Below the pieces are notes generated by a model. That model was not told the origin of the DNA and did no database searches. It saw only the letters and a list, made by a program, of their open reading frames with translations. A DNA stretch of 60,702 bases, the filler included, from Nemertoderma westbladi (taxonomy: Eukaryota; Animalia; Xenacoelomorpha): NCBI GenBank assembly GCA_032718475.1. It is 3 parts of 3 records of this genome, joined end to end, with 100 filler letters (N's around TTAATTAATTAA, not from the genome) between each part and the next. Parts side by side here need not be neighbours in the genome. Positions count along the whole stretch, not along the records: positions 1 to 23,877 come from JAUCBJ010008907.1; 2 more parts are not named here. One strand, 5' to 3'. Position numbers and translations under genes: made by a program. Each line of letters opens with the position of its first letter. Position 1 is the first letter of the stretch. Shown one piece after another: positions 1 through 11,896 of the stretch.

Positions 1-2154
1 ACAGGTGGCACCTCCTTTATGCTGCATGGAGGTGGCAAGTTTTCTTGATCAATGACCTAGAATACCTGACCTGACCAGTTTACGTGGTTATTGGCGTAGG
101 TTTAAAACATAACCATATTTCCCATAGCTGTTACGTCTTTCGTAGGACACTTTATGTTACAACAGGGGCTTGCGGAATGTCCACGGAAACCGCATTCTGT
201 GCAGAGGTTGTAAAGAATAGGACAAACCGAAACATCGTGGCCGGATGTCACGCAATAGGGGCAGTAAAGTATCCCAAGGAGAGGGAGGCACAAATCGGTA
301 ACCCGATTTCTCCTTCCGCGTGGACACTGCTCCGAACCACAATTTCCGCACACCTCCAGTTGCATCTCCCGGCCGAAGAATAGTGGAATCGGTATGCCGG
401 CGTAATACTCCAGTCGTCGGTCACTTTTGGGGATACTCGCCGTGGCCGGTAGCCCGCGGAATGCTGGGCTTTGGCGTAGTATGTTCTCACTACGATAACC
501 TTCTTTATAGCCTGCCGGTCACATCCCGGGCGCCCGTTTCTGGCGGTGGATCCACTCGGTTTGTTCGGCATACCATCGGGTAAGTCGCATAGGGTCTTGT
601 GGAACGGAGGGGGCCGTTGCCACGGCCGGTCGGCGAAGAGGTGCCGGGGCATTCGCCGGAGGAATTCCGAGGAGATCTATGGGAGTCGGAGCAACGCTGG
701 GACCCTTTGCAACCTGTATCGCTGAGCGGGTCCGCTGGGTGCTGGTACTCGGGATCTCCGAAGACCAGTCTTCTCCTCCTGGGAACGGATATGGGGATAG
801 CCTCTAATATATGTAGCCGAAGTCATTCAGCGCGAAGGTGGTTACTAGCTCCCTAGCAGGACTACCGGAGCCAAGTGGGGTGGATACGCCTGCTTCCGTC
901 GCAGGTTCGGCAAGGTGACCCGTTTGGCGGCCGGTTCATACACGACTTCTGGATCGAGTTGTCGCTTTGGGGTGGACAGCAGAACACCTTCCTGTAGCCA
1001 TAATTCTTCTGCATCCGAAGATATCAGTGGTTCCTCTGCACCGAGGAGATCGACAATCGTAGGGATGTCGAATGGTCCATTATCGTCCCAGGATGCAATG
1101 ACGTGGAGCATTTTCGTATCTCCCGGTGGAATATTCTCTACCACTTTGAACGTGTGGTCGATAACTTCGTTCCACTCATAGTCGATGAAGGATCTAGGAA
1201 CCGCATTAATGAGATTATCGAGAGTCCTGCAGATAAACTTGGCGACGGTATATGATTCCATTACGACGTAGATATATGTTCCATCGATCTGGATTCTCCC
1301 ACTTGTGGTGGATCGTCCATTTTCTTTCTACGTCCTTCCAACGACTCTCTCGCTCACTCTTTATCTCTAATACCGGGTATGCACCATATATTTTATTACA
1401 ATCCTGGAATTTCTGAGGTTTAAAGTCTATACCGCCGTTTAGCACCGCGAGGTAACCGATACTGGATTTCGTCGGTCTCACCTCCCAGAATCCACGCATA
1501 AATTCTGTGGATTGCAACCAGGCTAACAGTGTTTGGGTGTCAACGCAATGACTAATGGCGTTGAGATCTTCTCGACGGTTTCTTCCAAAAGGAGCGTTAG
1601 CGTAGTCGTTTTGGACGTCCGCCTTTATATCCGACCCAATTTTAATGACATCGAAATCTAATAGGATCTGTTGGATCTCCGGTGGTAATAGCCAGATTGC
1701 TCTGGCTGTCCACACCTCCTGTTTGGGTGTCGGGAATATTCGACATATCAACACCAGACCATCTAAGGTTCCGAGGACGACGACCAATGATCGACCGTAT
1801 TCCTTCGTCCCATACTTCTCCTGGTAGTTGTCGCGATTCTGGATAACTGATATACTTTCCTCTCGCAACGTCGCTGTACACTCCGCTAGGTTTCCCCAGG
1901 TGTCCCAGGTTTCCCCATTGTCCGGTTGCCTTTGCATTCCGAGTTCTTTTCAGGCTCGTACTAGCATCGGACAACCGGAGCTCTCATAGATTACGGGAAT
2001 CCGGTCCCTCCCGCCCGGAGAATTTAATGATTTGCACATTCTTGGTTATCAGGGCGTTCCATTCTGCATCAAAGTTAGGAGATCCAGGTTGTGGATATTC
2101 CAGTAAATCTAGTGTATTACGTAATTCGCCGAGAATTTGGAGATTTGGGTCCAT
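1..2154 (-). pseudogene. E1 extra ORF3: DEDDy-like 3'-5' exonuclease + Cys/His zinc knuckles, fragmented (ORF pieces 1215-1937, 845-1261, 248-652, 102-365)
   Basis: LPPEIQQILLDFDVIKIGSDIKAD and CVDTQ resemble the WRN/RNase D exonuclease core; CPYCVTSGHDVSVC and CTECGFRGHSASPC knuckles; homologous to E2 35558-37787; candidate ATG at 2154 (MDPNLQIL...). Confidence 0.75.
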
Positions 2155-2439
2155 ATTTTCAATTATGTCTGTTGCAAATTTAAATCAGTTAATTATAAAT
2201 CCAGAAAGTCTGATTCTATAGTGACTGCAGAATAATTCAGTTTATTTGTAATTCAGTTTATTAATTATTATTGCTATATAGGCATCTACCATCTTATTGC
2301 TACTACATTCAGTATTTACAGTTACTATAGCTATACATTAATATCCAACCAGTTTTGACTTTTTATGTCCTCTTCTTTTTCCAATTCTTTTCTTTTCTAC
2401 ATTTTATACATTTTTTTGTCTTTATTCATTTCTCATTTA

Positions 2440-3120
2440 TTATTTATTGTACATTTCATTATTTCTTTCCACATTTCATCATTTATTTCCACATTTCATC
2501 ATTTATTTCCACATTTCATTGGGGTTATAGCCCCCCGGCTATCATCATTTGTTATAAGCGCAGCACCAGGGTGCGCATCATTACATTTTCATCATCATAC
2601 GCGTCATCATTCAGTTTATAGTAGGGTTGTCTGTTTCTTTTCATCATTTCCAAACTACATTCAACCATCTTCTTTGGGAAATTTTCGTTGTGGAAGGGGT
2701 GTTACGTGGCAATCTGGGATCTACAGCTGGGCTAGTTACACCGCCTACGCCCCAAACTGCACACGTAACGGACAATGAAGACGCTGGAAGTGAAGTCACG
2801 TGGAATGTACCAGGGACCCACCAGAATAACACTCCCAGCAACATAAAGCTCAGCTGACGAAGTCATGTGGGATAGGGTTACGCAACATTCTGGGATCTAC
2901 AGCTGGACTAGTTACACCGCCTACGCCCCAAAATCCACGCAAAGGTTCCACCAGAATAACGCAACTGAGAAACATAAAACCTCTATCGACGAAGTCATGT
3001 GGATGCACCATGGACCCACCAGAATAACGGGATAGAGGGGGTGTTGCGCGGCAATCCGGGATCTACAGCTGGACTAGTTACACTGCCTACGCCCCGAACT
3101 GCGCATGCAACGGACAACAC
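2440..3120. repeat. Repeats in the E1 pol-ORF3 spacer: ~20-bp ATTTCCACATTTCATC units and three ~170-bp units (GGATCTACAGCTGGACTAGTTACACCGCCTACGCCCC)
   Basis: Copies near 2717, 2893 and 3059; short units at 2450-2520. Confidence 0.85.
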
Positions 3121-3379
3121 AATACAACACAATGGATACAATGAATTCCACTTCAAATCTTTACCATTTCCAATAATCCAATGTCGTTGGTCCCAATGAC
3201 CAAAATCAGGGTGAACAATACAAAAAACTACCCTGTGTCAGTCGAAACATCTGCAGGGTGACGCTGGACTCCGCATAACACACGAGGAAACACAAATACC
3301 ATTGTGTGTTTAAGGGGGGTCCATTATTCATTGTCAGTAAATCACATTTAAAAGAGTTTGTCAACAGGATGAGAAGGGT

Positions 3380-4992
3380 TTAAACGGGTTTAGCATTGTC
3401 ACCAATGTCTGCAGCAGGATCCGGAGTAGGAAACTTATCACCTCTTGTGGAGTCACCACTGTCATTGCCTTCAAGAAGGCACAGCCTCTGGATAGGGCGT
3501 TGGTAGTGGCCCTTTGCCGTTCGTATCGTCACAGTCCTCGCAAGTCCATCTTTACTTGAGGTTATTTCCACGACTTGCGCCACAGGCTAGTGGACGCGGT
3601 CTTTAAGGTCTTCCTTAACTAGCACCATGTCACCAACTGCGACGTTCCTGTAGGTGTTATTCCACTTCCTCCTGGTCCGGAGGGTTATGAGGTACTCTTG
3701 GGCCCAGATTCTCCACCAATGCGCTGCCAACGCTTAGGCCTTTTTCCAATTGGTATGTCTCGCAATATTGTTGGGATCTGGGAACATTGCCTCAGGAAGA
3801 ATGTTGATTTTGGGTCTTCCGTGTAGATGGTTAGGTGTAAGAGGCTCTAGATCTGTGGGGTCATCGTGGATAGGTACAATGGGCTGGTTGTTTAGGGTGG
3901 CCATGATCTCACAGAATGTAGTGCAAGGGTGTCGTGGGTTACCCGGGTGTCCCCTAACGCGACGCGCATGGATCGTTTCACCAAGTCGATGAGCTTCTCC
4001 CATACCCCGCTCCAATGGGGTGCCAAGGGTGTTTGGAAGTGCCATTGTATATGGTGTTCCCTCCATACTTGGGATGCAGTCTCTTCAGTGAACCATCCCT
4101 CGATCGCCTCTCTAAGTTCCCTTTCTCCTCCCACGAAGTTCGTTCCATTATCTGAGTACATATGCTGACATGTTCCATTGTTTGCCACAAACCGTCGCAG
4201 GGCGTTGATAAATGCGTGCTGCGTAAGGTTTATCACGAGGTCTAGGTAGATCGCCCTAGACCTAAGGCATGTGAAGATGGCTCCCCAGCATTTGATGTTA
4301 GATCATCGCTCGATGACTGTAAATGGTCTGAAACAGTCTACTCCGGATACGTAGAACGGCGGTGAATCGGACTGCAGTCGTGTAGCCGGTAGGTCGGCCA
4401 TTCTTTGTGTGAGCGGTGGCGCTAGGTATCTTCTACAAGGGAAACAACGCTTTAATACTTTCCGGATCAGTGGCTGGATGTGGGTGATCCAATATCTTTG
4501 CCGGATGTTAGCCATAATCCAGTTCTGGCCCATGTGATGGTTTTCCTCATGACACTGTTGGATTAATAGCTTGGCTAGTGTTGAGGTTCCGGGCAGAAGC
4601 GCTGGGTATTTGACTTCATATTCGACCGGAGCGTTTGCCATCCGGGTATTTAGTCGGATCAGTCCATCTTCCCCCATCATGGGTCTCAACTGGTAGACTG
4701 GACTGTCCGCACTGAGCTGTTCCCACTCATCGGGGAAACTTTCTTTCTGGACATATCTAACAATACATTTCTCCACAATAATGAGTTCTTGTATACTTCG
4801 TCGAACTATTGGTTTGTTATCCTTCCACTGCAGGAAGTTGCGAAGAGTTATGACGTGGTGGATAAGACGTCTCATTGAGGAGGTTTGCTCTATCAATAGT
4901 TGTAAAGATGCTGCTGGTTGCGTAATAGTCACAATGTTATAGTGCCTGCCCGAGTCCTTTGCAGGCTCGGTCAGGCAACTATAGATCTCCAC
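3380..4992 (-). pseudogene. E1 integrase (HHCC, DDE core, C-terminal DUF5641-like), frameshifted
   Basis: HEENHHMG...CFPC, GVDCF, YSDNGTNFVGG, WSGVWEKLI, LTPNHL, DGLARTVTIRT. Confidence 0.93.
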
Positions 4993-5067
4993 GGTGGCGC
5001 TTCCATGGACTTTACAAATCTCCTTGTCATCTTCGGAGTATTTTCCGCTATCTAGTTCGGGATCGAA

Positions 5068-7029
5068 TCAGGTACTCCAGGTTAATTGTGGCTGCTGAAG
5101 GAATTCCGGGCCTGTGAGCCAAAGTTTACTCTTACCGAGCTGTCGTGGGGTGGCGCCTCTGCTCGATAAGTTCACTGGGTTTTCTTTCCCGTTTACATGG
5201 TGCCACTGTTCTCGGCCGGTACACTGTTTTATTTCCGTGGCTCGGTTCGCTACGAACGTAGTGTGTCGCCGTGATGGTGAGTGGAGGTAGTAAAGTACGA
5301 TACTCAAATCTACCCAGAAATGCTGCGATTCGATGGGGATTCTTAAGTTCCGCATGATCATGCGGTTCTGCCTCACTGCCCAGACTGCGGCCTGTAGCTC
5401 GAGTCTCGGGATCGTTGCTACGAATTCCCCGGATACCATCTTATCCTTAGAGAATAAGAAGCTCGTATCGCCGTTTCCATCCTGACTTAATCTTCTTAGG
5501 AAGGTAACTATGCCAATTCCGGTATTCGATGCATCCGAGAAAGTATGGAGCTGGAATATATCGGTGGGTAGTTTATCGAGGAAGAACGGTCTAGGGATCC
5601 GCATAAGATGTAGATATTCGAGTTGTTCCGTCCACTTTCTCCATTTGGCACTGAGGTGTGGGGGGAGCTCTTCGTCCAATCCCAGTCCTTCTATCTACAT
5701 TTCTTTGATCAAATTCATTCCAGCCAACGTTACTGGGGATATGAAGTTTAGTGGATCAAATATGGCACTCTTTATGGATAAACATCCCCTTTTTGTCATG
5801 GGTTTGGGTAGGGGATTATATTTGAAGATGAACTGATCCAATTCTATGTCCCATTCGATACCGAGTACACGGTGATCCACACCCTCGGAATACATTTTGT
5901 TGTCGTCTAGCCTGATTTCCTCCGGGAACTTTTCCATAAGTTCCTTATCATGGGATCTAAACTTTACGAGAGGGAAACCTCCTCTCTTTAAACATTCCAC
6001 CATTCCCATAGCCAGCTGATATGCCTCGTTGACATTATCGGCACCAGTGCATCCGTCGTCTACGTAGAAACATCGTCGGATGGTCTCTATGACTGTCGGA
6101 GGGAACTCATTTTCGCACATAGCTGCTGTTTTCTTTAGCATGTCGCTACATGCCACCAGCGAGTCCTTAGTGCCGAAGATTCTGACAATCATGCGCATTA
6201 CATCCACATCCTTCAATGTGATTTGATTTATCTCCTGTGGAGTTAACGTTTTATCAGTCCACAATATACATAGGCAATCTGAGTCTCTTGGTAGCATTCG
6301 GACCTGGTGGAACATCGCTTTGATGTCACATGTGAAGGCTATTTGGTTTTCTCTGAACCTGTTCAATACGCCGATGAGTGTACTATAGATGTTGGGCCCT
6401 GTATAAAGTTGGCTGTTCATGGATTCGCCCTGATACATAGCCGCATCATCATTTACTACCCGGATTTTACCGCCCTTCCGGGCTTCTACCACATAGTGGG
6501 TTGGGAGGTATTTCTCCTTTATCTCGGGTAGCTAGTTTAACCGGTGTAGGATTCCCTTGAGCCTCCTAAGGGCCATGCTGGCATTATTCGCCATCGGTCT
6601 ATCTGGGTCTTTCCAAAGCATGGGCGAACACCAATGTCTGTCTTTGAACATTGCCTGATCAAGAACGTCAATACAATATTGATCTTCCTCGGATGGGTTC
6701 TCGTCCTTCTCAGCAAACTCTTGGGTCTCTAAGTTGAAATTCTTTGTCATCTCCTGCTGGGTTTTTTTGGTTTCCAGGAATAAATCCTCGTCCAGGTTGG
6801 TTGCTGAACAGTAACCCACAGATGTTACGTTCTCTTTGATCTGGCATTTAGGGAGATATGTATATGTGTCAGTAGTCTCCTCTTGGATAACGCAGAGTGT
6901 CCATCCCATGATGGTGCGCTCCGCATAAAAACCATTGTCCGGCTTTACGGATCGGGCGATGTCCCCAGTTGGTATATGTAATTCTGGTGTGTCAAGTCCG
7001 ATTAATAAAGTAATTCGGTTCACGTCCAA
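5068..7029 (-). pseudogene. E1 reverse transcriptase and Pao-type RNase H, interrupted by stops
   Basis: KIRVVNDDAA, AFTCDIKAMFHQV, FYVDDG, IFDPLNFISP, LHTFSDAS, TIPRLELQAA, WHHVNGKENP. Confidence 0.95.
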
Positions 7030-7038
7030 TGGCGGGCA

Positions 7039-9960
7039 TCATAAATCTACATCTTCCCGGTCTAACTGTATGAGGGGTGCGTATTCAGATGATTGTCGGA
7101 ACCGCACTCGGAGATCGGTGTGTACCAGAGCGTTTTTGATCATCAGTTTGACCATCTCGTAACCCTTCATAACTCCTTCCATCTTGAGTTGTACCTCCCC
7201 GGACTCCACTTCTTTATGGTCGGTTATAGTCTGTATGGGCCGCTTGCAGGGTTCGTAGTCTAGGCCTAGTTGTACGAGGAAATCCCGGTCAATGATGGTT
7301 CCGTCCGACCCATTGTCAAGGAACGCGAGTGTTGTTAGGGATTTTCCAACCCCTTGTATTCTTACTGGGATCACTTTGGCGAAGACCATATAACGGTGGT
7401 TTATTAAATTGACCATAGCTGATATACTGGTCACATGTGATACATCGGCGGTGGTCTTAAACGGATTGGTTTCCCTCTGCTGAATCGTCCGTGTACCCTT
7501 GGAGACGTGATTCGTTTCGCGGCCCGGCAGGGTGGTGTAGTCGAAATTGGCAGGTATGTTGAGGAGTGTGTGATGATGTAGGTCGTTACAGACCGCGCAG
7601 CATGACCTTTGGTCGCAATCCCGGACGTAGTGACCTGTTCCGAGACACCAGAAGCATCCTTGGTGTTTCATTATTGCCTCGAAGCGTGGAACGAGTTCAG
7701 CAAACTGGAACTTTCTGCAGAATTCCACCTTGTGTTTCTCCCTGCAGAAGAGACATAGAAGGGAGGTTGTGGTGCCTTCCCTTTCGGGTGCCCAATTCGC
7801 TAGATAACACGCCCATTCCTCGGCTGATGTCGGTTCCTCGTAGTCCTCGTCGTCGGAATCTTTGGCCATGGTGATGGCCATCGTACTCACCGGAGGGGGG
7901 CGGAATCTCGGTTTCGGAGTGGGTGCCCTGCTCCTAGAGTTGTTCTCTATTCCATCTAACTTGGAGAGACTTTGTTTGGAGAACATCGAGTCGTTCATGG
8001 CTTCGGAGATATCATCTAAGAATGCCGACATTTCGAGGAAACTGGGATCCCGATCCGGGTGTCTGCTTCGGAGATCGACGCATTTATACACCCATTTGCT
8101 TTGCAGCTATCCGGGGAACTTCTGAGCAATCTGTCGGAGGTTTAAGATGTTGTTTACTTGTTCCTCCTTGTTCAATGGTTTTAAAGTGTAGTAGGCATCT
8201 TTCATAGAGTCCGAGAACTCTTAGATATTCTGTGGGTCCCCTAGGGATCCAGCATCCTGTATCAGTTTTTAAAGCGTCTTATTAATTATAGTTCCGATGT
8301 TTCCATATCTTTTATCTAGAGTTTTCCATGCGTCGTGGTATGCTTCATGAGATCCTCCTTCGAAACATTTAACGATTCGATGTGGTTTCTCACGTTTATC
8401 ACCCAGGTATTGAGATAAATATACCAGTTTTTGTGCGTCGGTTATATCCGTTGATCCGATCTGAACGAAGAACCATTTCTTAAATCCAAGGTAATCGACG
8501 GGGTCTCCCTCGAAGGTACGGATCTCCATCTTGGGCATAGCCAGGCGGTTCTCCAAGGCTCGGATGATGCCAACGTCGTCCGAACTAGAATGACTAGGAG
8601 GATTGTAATTACTAACACTCTCTCCCATACATGATGGATCGATGAGAGGTGGAGTTTTAATGATGACGTGGTTACGGATTTTCGGTGTAGATGTGAACGG
8701 ATTATTGGATCGAGGGGTGGCATCCCGTTCCGAGTCCTTTTCAGGCTCATACTGGGGAACGCTTGGAGCCGTAGGATTGGATGGGAAGTAAGGTTCCTCA
8801 TTCTTAAGCATAACCGGTGGGGGATGGAATACTGGTGCTTGTGCCGATAACGTAGACTGTATGGCTGGCGAGAACTCAGGTTTCGGAGGTTTTGCAGTCG
8901 GTGGTGTAAATGACTTTTCTAATTCCAGGACCGGGATTGGTTCATAGTCCTGTTCTATACCCCTTTCCGAGTCCTCGTATAGTTGGAGGTCCCGTTCTAT
9001 TAGTGCGCTCTATTAGTCTGCGAGTTTAGCAATGTCCGCCTTCTTTTTGTGAACCAGAATCGCTTGGGCCTCGGCACTTCATTTACGCATTTCGGCCTCT
9101 TGTTTCCGTGTCTCTGCTTGTTGTTCGGCCTCTACTTTACGCATTTCGGCCTCTTGTTTCCGTGTCTCTGCCTGTTGTTCGGCCTCTACTTTACGCATTT
9201 TGGCCTCTTGTTTTCGTGTCTCGGCCTGTTGTTCGGCCTCTACTTTACGCATTTTGGCCCCTTGTTTTTGTCGTTCGGCCTCTTGTTTCCGTATGTCGGC
9301 CTGCATTTCGGACTCCTGTTTATGTCTTTCCTCAGCTAATACATCCTGTTCAATCTGCAGTTGGACATATTCGTCTTCCATTCGAGCTTTAAGGGCCAAT
9401 GCCCTCTGTTCTCGTAGCTGATCTCGGAGTGGTTGACCCCCTTGAGAACTGCGCGCTGAACCAGATATCTCGCTCATAGCGCTGGAGTGCTGGTGCCTTG
9501 AGGACCCAGTTCTTTTCCGCTGAGCCACGGTCCTGGTTCCAGAGGTCCGTACCGATTCTGCGTCCGCCCTTTCAGTTCTTTTATAGTACTGTTCCTCGTA
9601 GCCTCTTACGAGGCTGAGGGTCCTCCGATGTTGCTTGCGAAACTCGTCCAGATGTGCGACGTGTTCTTCCAGTCTGGGGTAGTTTCCCAGATCGGTTGCG
9701 GGAATGAGTTCCTGATATGCCGGTATCATCCGTTCATATCGTTGTAAGATACTTCGGATATTCTGTAGTTGAGTCTGTATATCGCTAAGGGGGGTCTCGG
9801 CTCCCTTTAGTTGTTTCTCGATGCGGTGATATGCTCTAGTCACTCCGCCTTTGATAGCGCCCAGTCGACGGGCCATGTTCTTCACATTCGGTATCTCGTC
9901 GGTTTCTGAGTCTGTGTGGGGGTCCATTTCATCAGTATCAGAGACGTTATTTGTCGTCAT
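7039..9960 (-). pseudogene. E1 gag plus aspartic protease (fragments 9079-9960, 8269-8811, 7039-8091)
   Basis: MPKMEIRTFEGDPVDY (DUF1759-like); BEL Cys/His boxes CLFCREKH, CFWCLGTGHYVRDC, CAVCNDLHH; protease AFLDNGSDGT. Confidence 0.92.
9078..9310 (-). repeat. 54-bp coding tandem repeat in E1 gag (MRKVEAEQQAETRKQEAE, coiled-coil-like)
   Basis: About 4 units visible in both DNA and translation. Confidence 0.9.
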
Positions 9961-10148
9961 TCTAGCGCCTCGTTGATTGCTAGATATGCGATATCGTAAA
10001 ATAGTTCTTCGTAGGTCTCGTATTCAGCTTGGACTACCCGAATGGTAATCCTGAATCGTCCAACGTTTGTTCCTTGTACTTCGACTTCAACGTGCCAGAT
10101 TCCTGGCTCAACTTGAATTATATCAATAGGTGTGATCAATACTTCCAT
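9957..10148 (-). CDS. 63-aa upstream ORF whose stop overlaps the gag start (ATGA)
   Basis: TGA at 9959-9957 overlaps gag ATG at 9960-9958; protein-like composition; no family recognised. Confidence 0.4.
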   Translation of the reverse strand: MEVLITPIDIIQVEPGIWHVEVEVQGTNVGRFRITIRVVQAEYETYEELFYDIAYLAINEALE

Positions 10149-10305
10149 TCCCTGTTAACGGCTCTCTATTTATGATCTGCCGACTATGAGTTTTAGTTTG
10201 AGTTTGTAAATTGATTGAACCACGGCTTTGTCTTAAATCAAATACCAGAGTTTCCTCGTAGTGGGTGCTGGGTAAGCACGGAGAGAGTTTTGAATAGTAC
10301 TGTAG

Positions 10306-10323
10306 AATTCCCAACTTCCACCA
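10306..10323 (-). promoter_or_regulatory. Putative primer-binding site of E1 (TGGTGGAAGTTGGGAATT)
   Basis: TGG start 2 nt after a CA; loosely complementary to a tRNA-Ala-like 3' end (...TCCACCA). Confidence 0.5.
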
Positions 10324-10325
10324 AT

Positions 10326-11896
10326 TGAAGTAGGCCGTGTCTTATTCTCAATTTTGTTGCCGTTATTCCCGACACCATGGGGGAAAAACGCCGATGCTGG
10401 AGGCGGAATTTTCAGACCACGGGATTCCAGCCAGTCACCGGATATTGGGAGTGGAGAAGGAGTACTTTCTTAAATGCAAGATTGCGATTGAGAAAACGTT
10501 GCATTGGTTGGATATAATCTTTTAATGTAACTTGATCGAATCTCATTGAATCTTGAACATTGAACACCAAATAATGCAGCCTTTTCTACGGTTGAACCCT
10601 GATTGAGAATAAGTTGGGCTTCCCCACACCAATATACACGAAATATTCACAATAATATACGACAATATAAATTCCTACAGTACGTTAATTAATTACCCAC
10701 TGTTCGCTTTAGAGTTTAACCTAACTAATGTTCCCCATTTTCCCTTGGTCCTAGTCTCGGTACTGTCGGTGTCGGTCGACCCTGTTGCGTGTCCGTCCCA
10801 CCCTTCCCGAACCCCGAAGGGATCGGTCATCAGGAAAGCAGTACAGCTTGGGTAAGGGTCGGTCAAGTCGGTATACCCAGTTGCGTGTCCGTCCCACCCT
10901 TCCCAAACCCCAAAGGGATCGGTCATCAGGAAAGCAGTACAGCTTGGCTAGGGGTCTGTCGAGTCGGTGGACCCATTTGCGTGTCCGTCCCACCCTTCCC
11001 AAACCCCAAAGGGATCGGTCATCAGGAAAGCGGTATGGCTTGGCTAGGGGTCCGTCGGTTCATCACAGGGACCCAACCACCTAAGCTTTCCGAATCCTTT
11101 TCAGGCTTGTAGTCGCTTCGGTAGCCGAGAAGCTGCTCCGAACAGTCAGTAGGCCAGTGGATTCCGGTCCTTTGTCTTTCGACCCCGTTGCATGTCCGTC
11201 CCACCCTTCCCGAACCCCGAAGGGGTCAGTCATCAGGAAAGCGGTATGGCTTGGCAAGGGGTCTGTCAGCCCGTCGTGAGTCCCAACTGTTGGTAGTTTT
11301 CCGAGTCCTTATTCAGGCTCGTACTAACGCCGGTCGTGGAACCCACTCCAGGAAGGCAGTCCTCGTCGAACCCTTCCTCCGTTTAGTCAATTGACCCGTC
11401 GCAAGTCCCTGGCGTAGTTGGCAAGCTTTCCGAGCCCTTATTCAGGCTCGTATTAACAGCCGGTGACCAGGGACCACTAAGGATCTGTCTGTCGGTTTCC
11501 GTCGCAAATCCCTGACACAATCAGCAGACTTTCCGAGTCCTTATTCAGGCTCGTAATAACTGCTGTTGGCCAGGGACCGCTAAGGGCAGTCCTTGTCCCT
11601 AGGCCTAGCGAGTTACCAAATCCACCTCTACAGGCAGCAGGAAGTTGGCTAGGCCTAATAGTATTCAGGTAAACCTGAGTACTGCTTGATTTTGCTCCCA
11701 CCCTTGGCCCTTAAATATCTGATATGAGTCCCATACCCCGTAAGTCGCCCCAATATTCGCCCGTGAATTGCCCCCAGTCCATTGAATGTAACCAAAGTTC
11801 ATGTTCCCTTGCCCAGTACTGATATTGGAATATTCATTATAAATAAATCCGAAAAATATTCAACTCGCGTTATGAAAATTTGAAATACCGTGAACA
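10326..11896 (-). repeat. Putative long (~1.57 kb) 5' LTR of E1
   Basis: Starts TGTTCACGG (compare E3 TGTTAACGG), ends CTTCA just before the PBS; second LTR is not in the window to confirm. Confidence 0.5.
10775..11570. repeat. Two tandem repeat families inside the putative E1 LTR (~96-bp GTCCGTCCCACCCTTCCC unit; ~100-130-bp TTCCGAGTCCTTATTCAGGCTCGTA unit)
   Basis: Copies at ~10789, 10885, 10981, 11192 and at 11088, 11299, 11428, 11531. Confidence 0.9.

Larger units (their letters stand above)
1..11896 (-). mobile_element. BEL/Pao LTR retrotransposon E1 (degenerate; 3' end runs off the window start)
   Basis: Domain order gag(DUF1759-like, Zn knuckles)-PR-RT-RH-INT typical of BEL/Pao; many stops and frameshifts; putative 5' LTR and PBS; extra ORF after pol. 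Confidence 0.93.
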
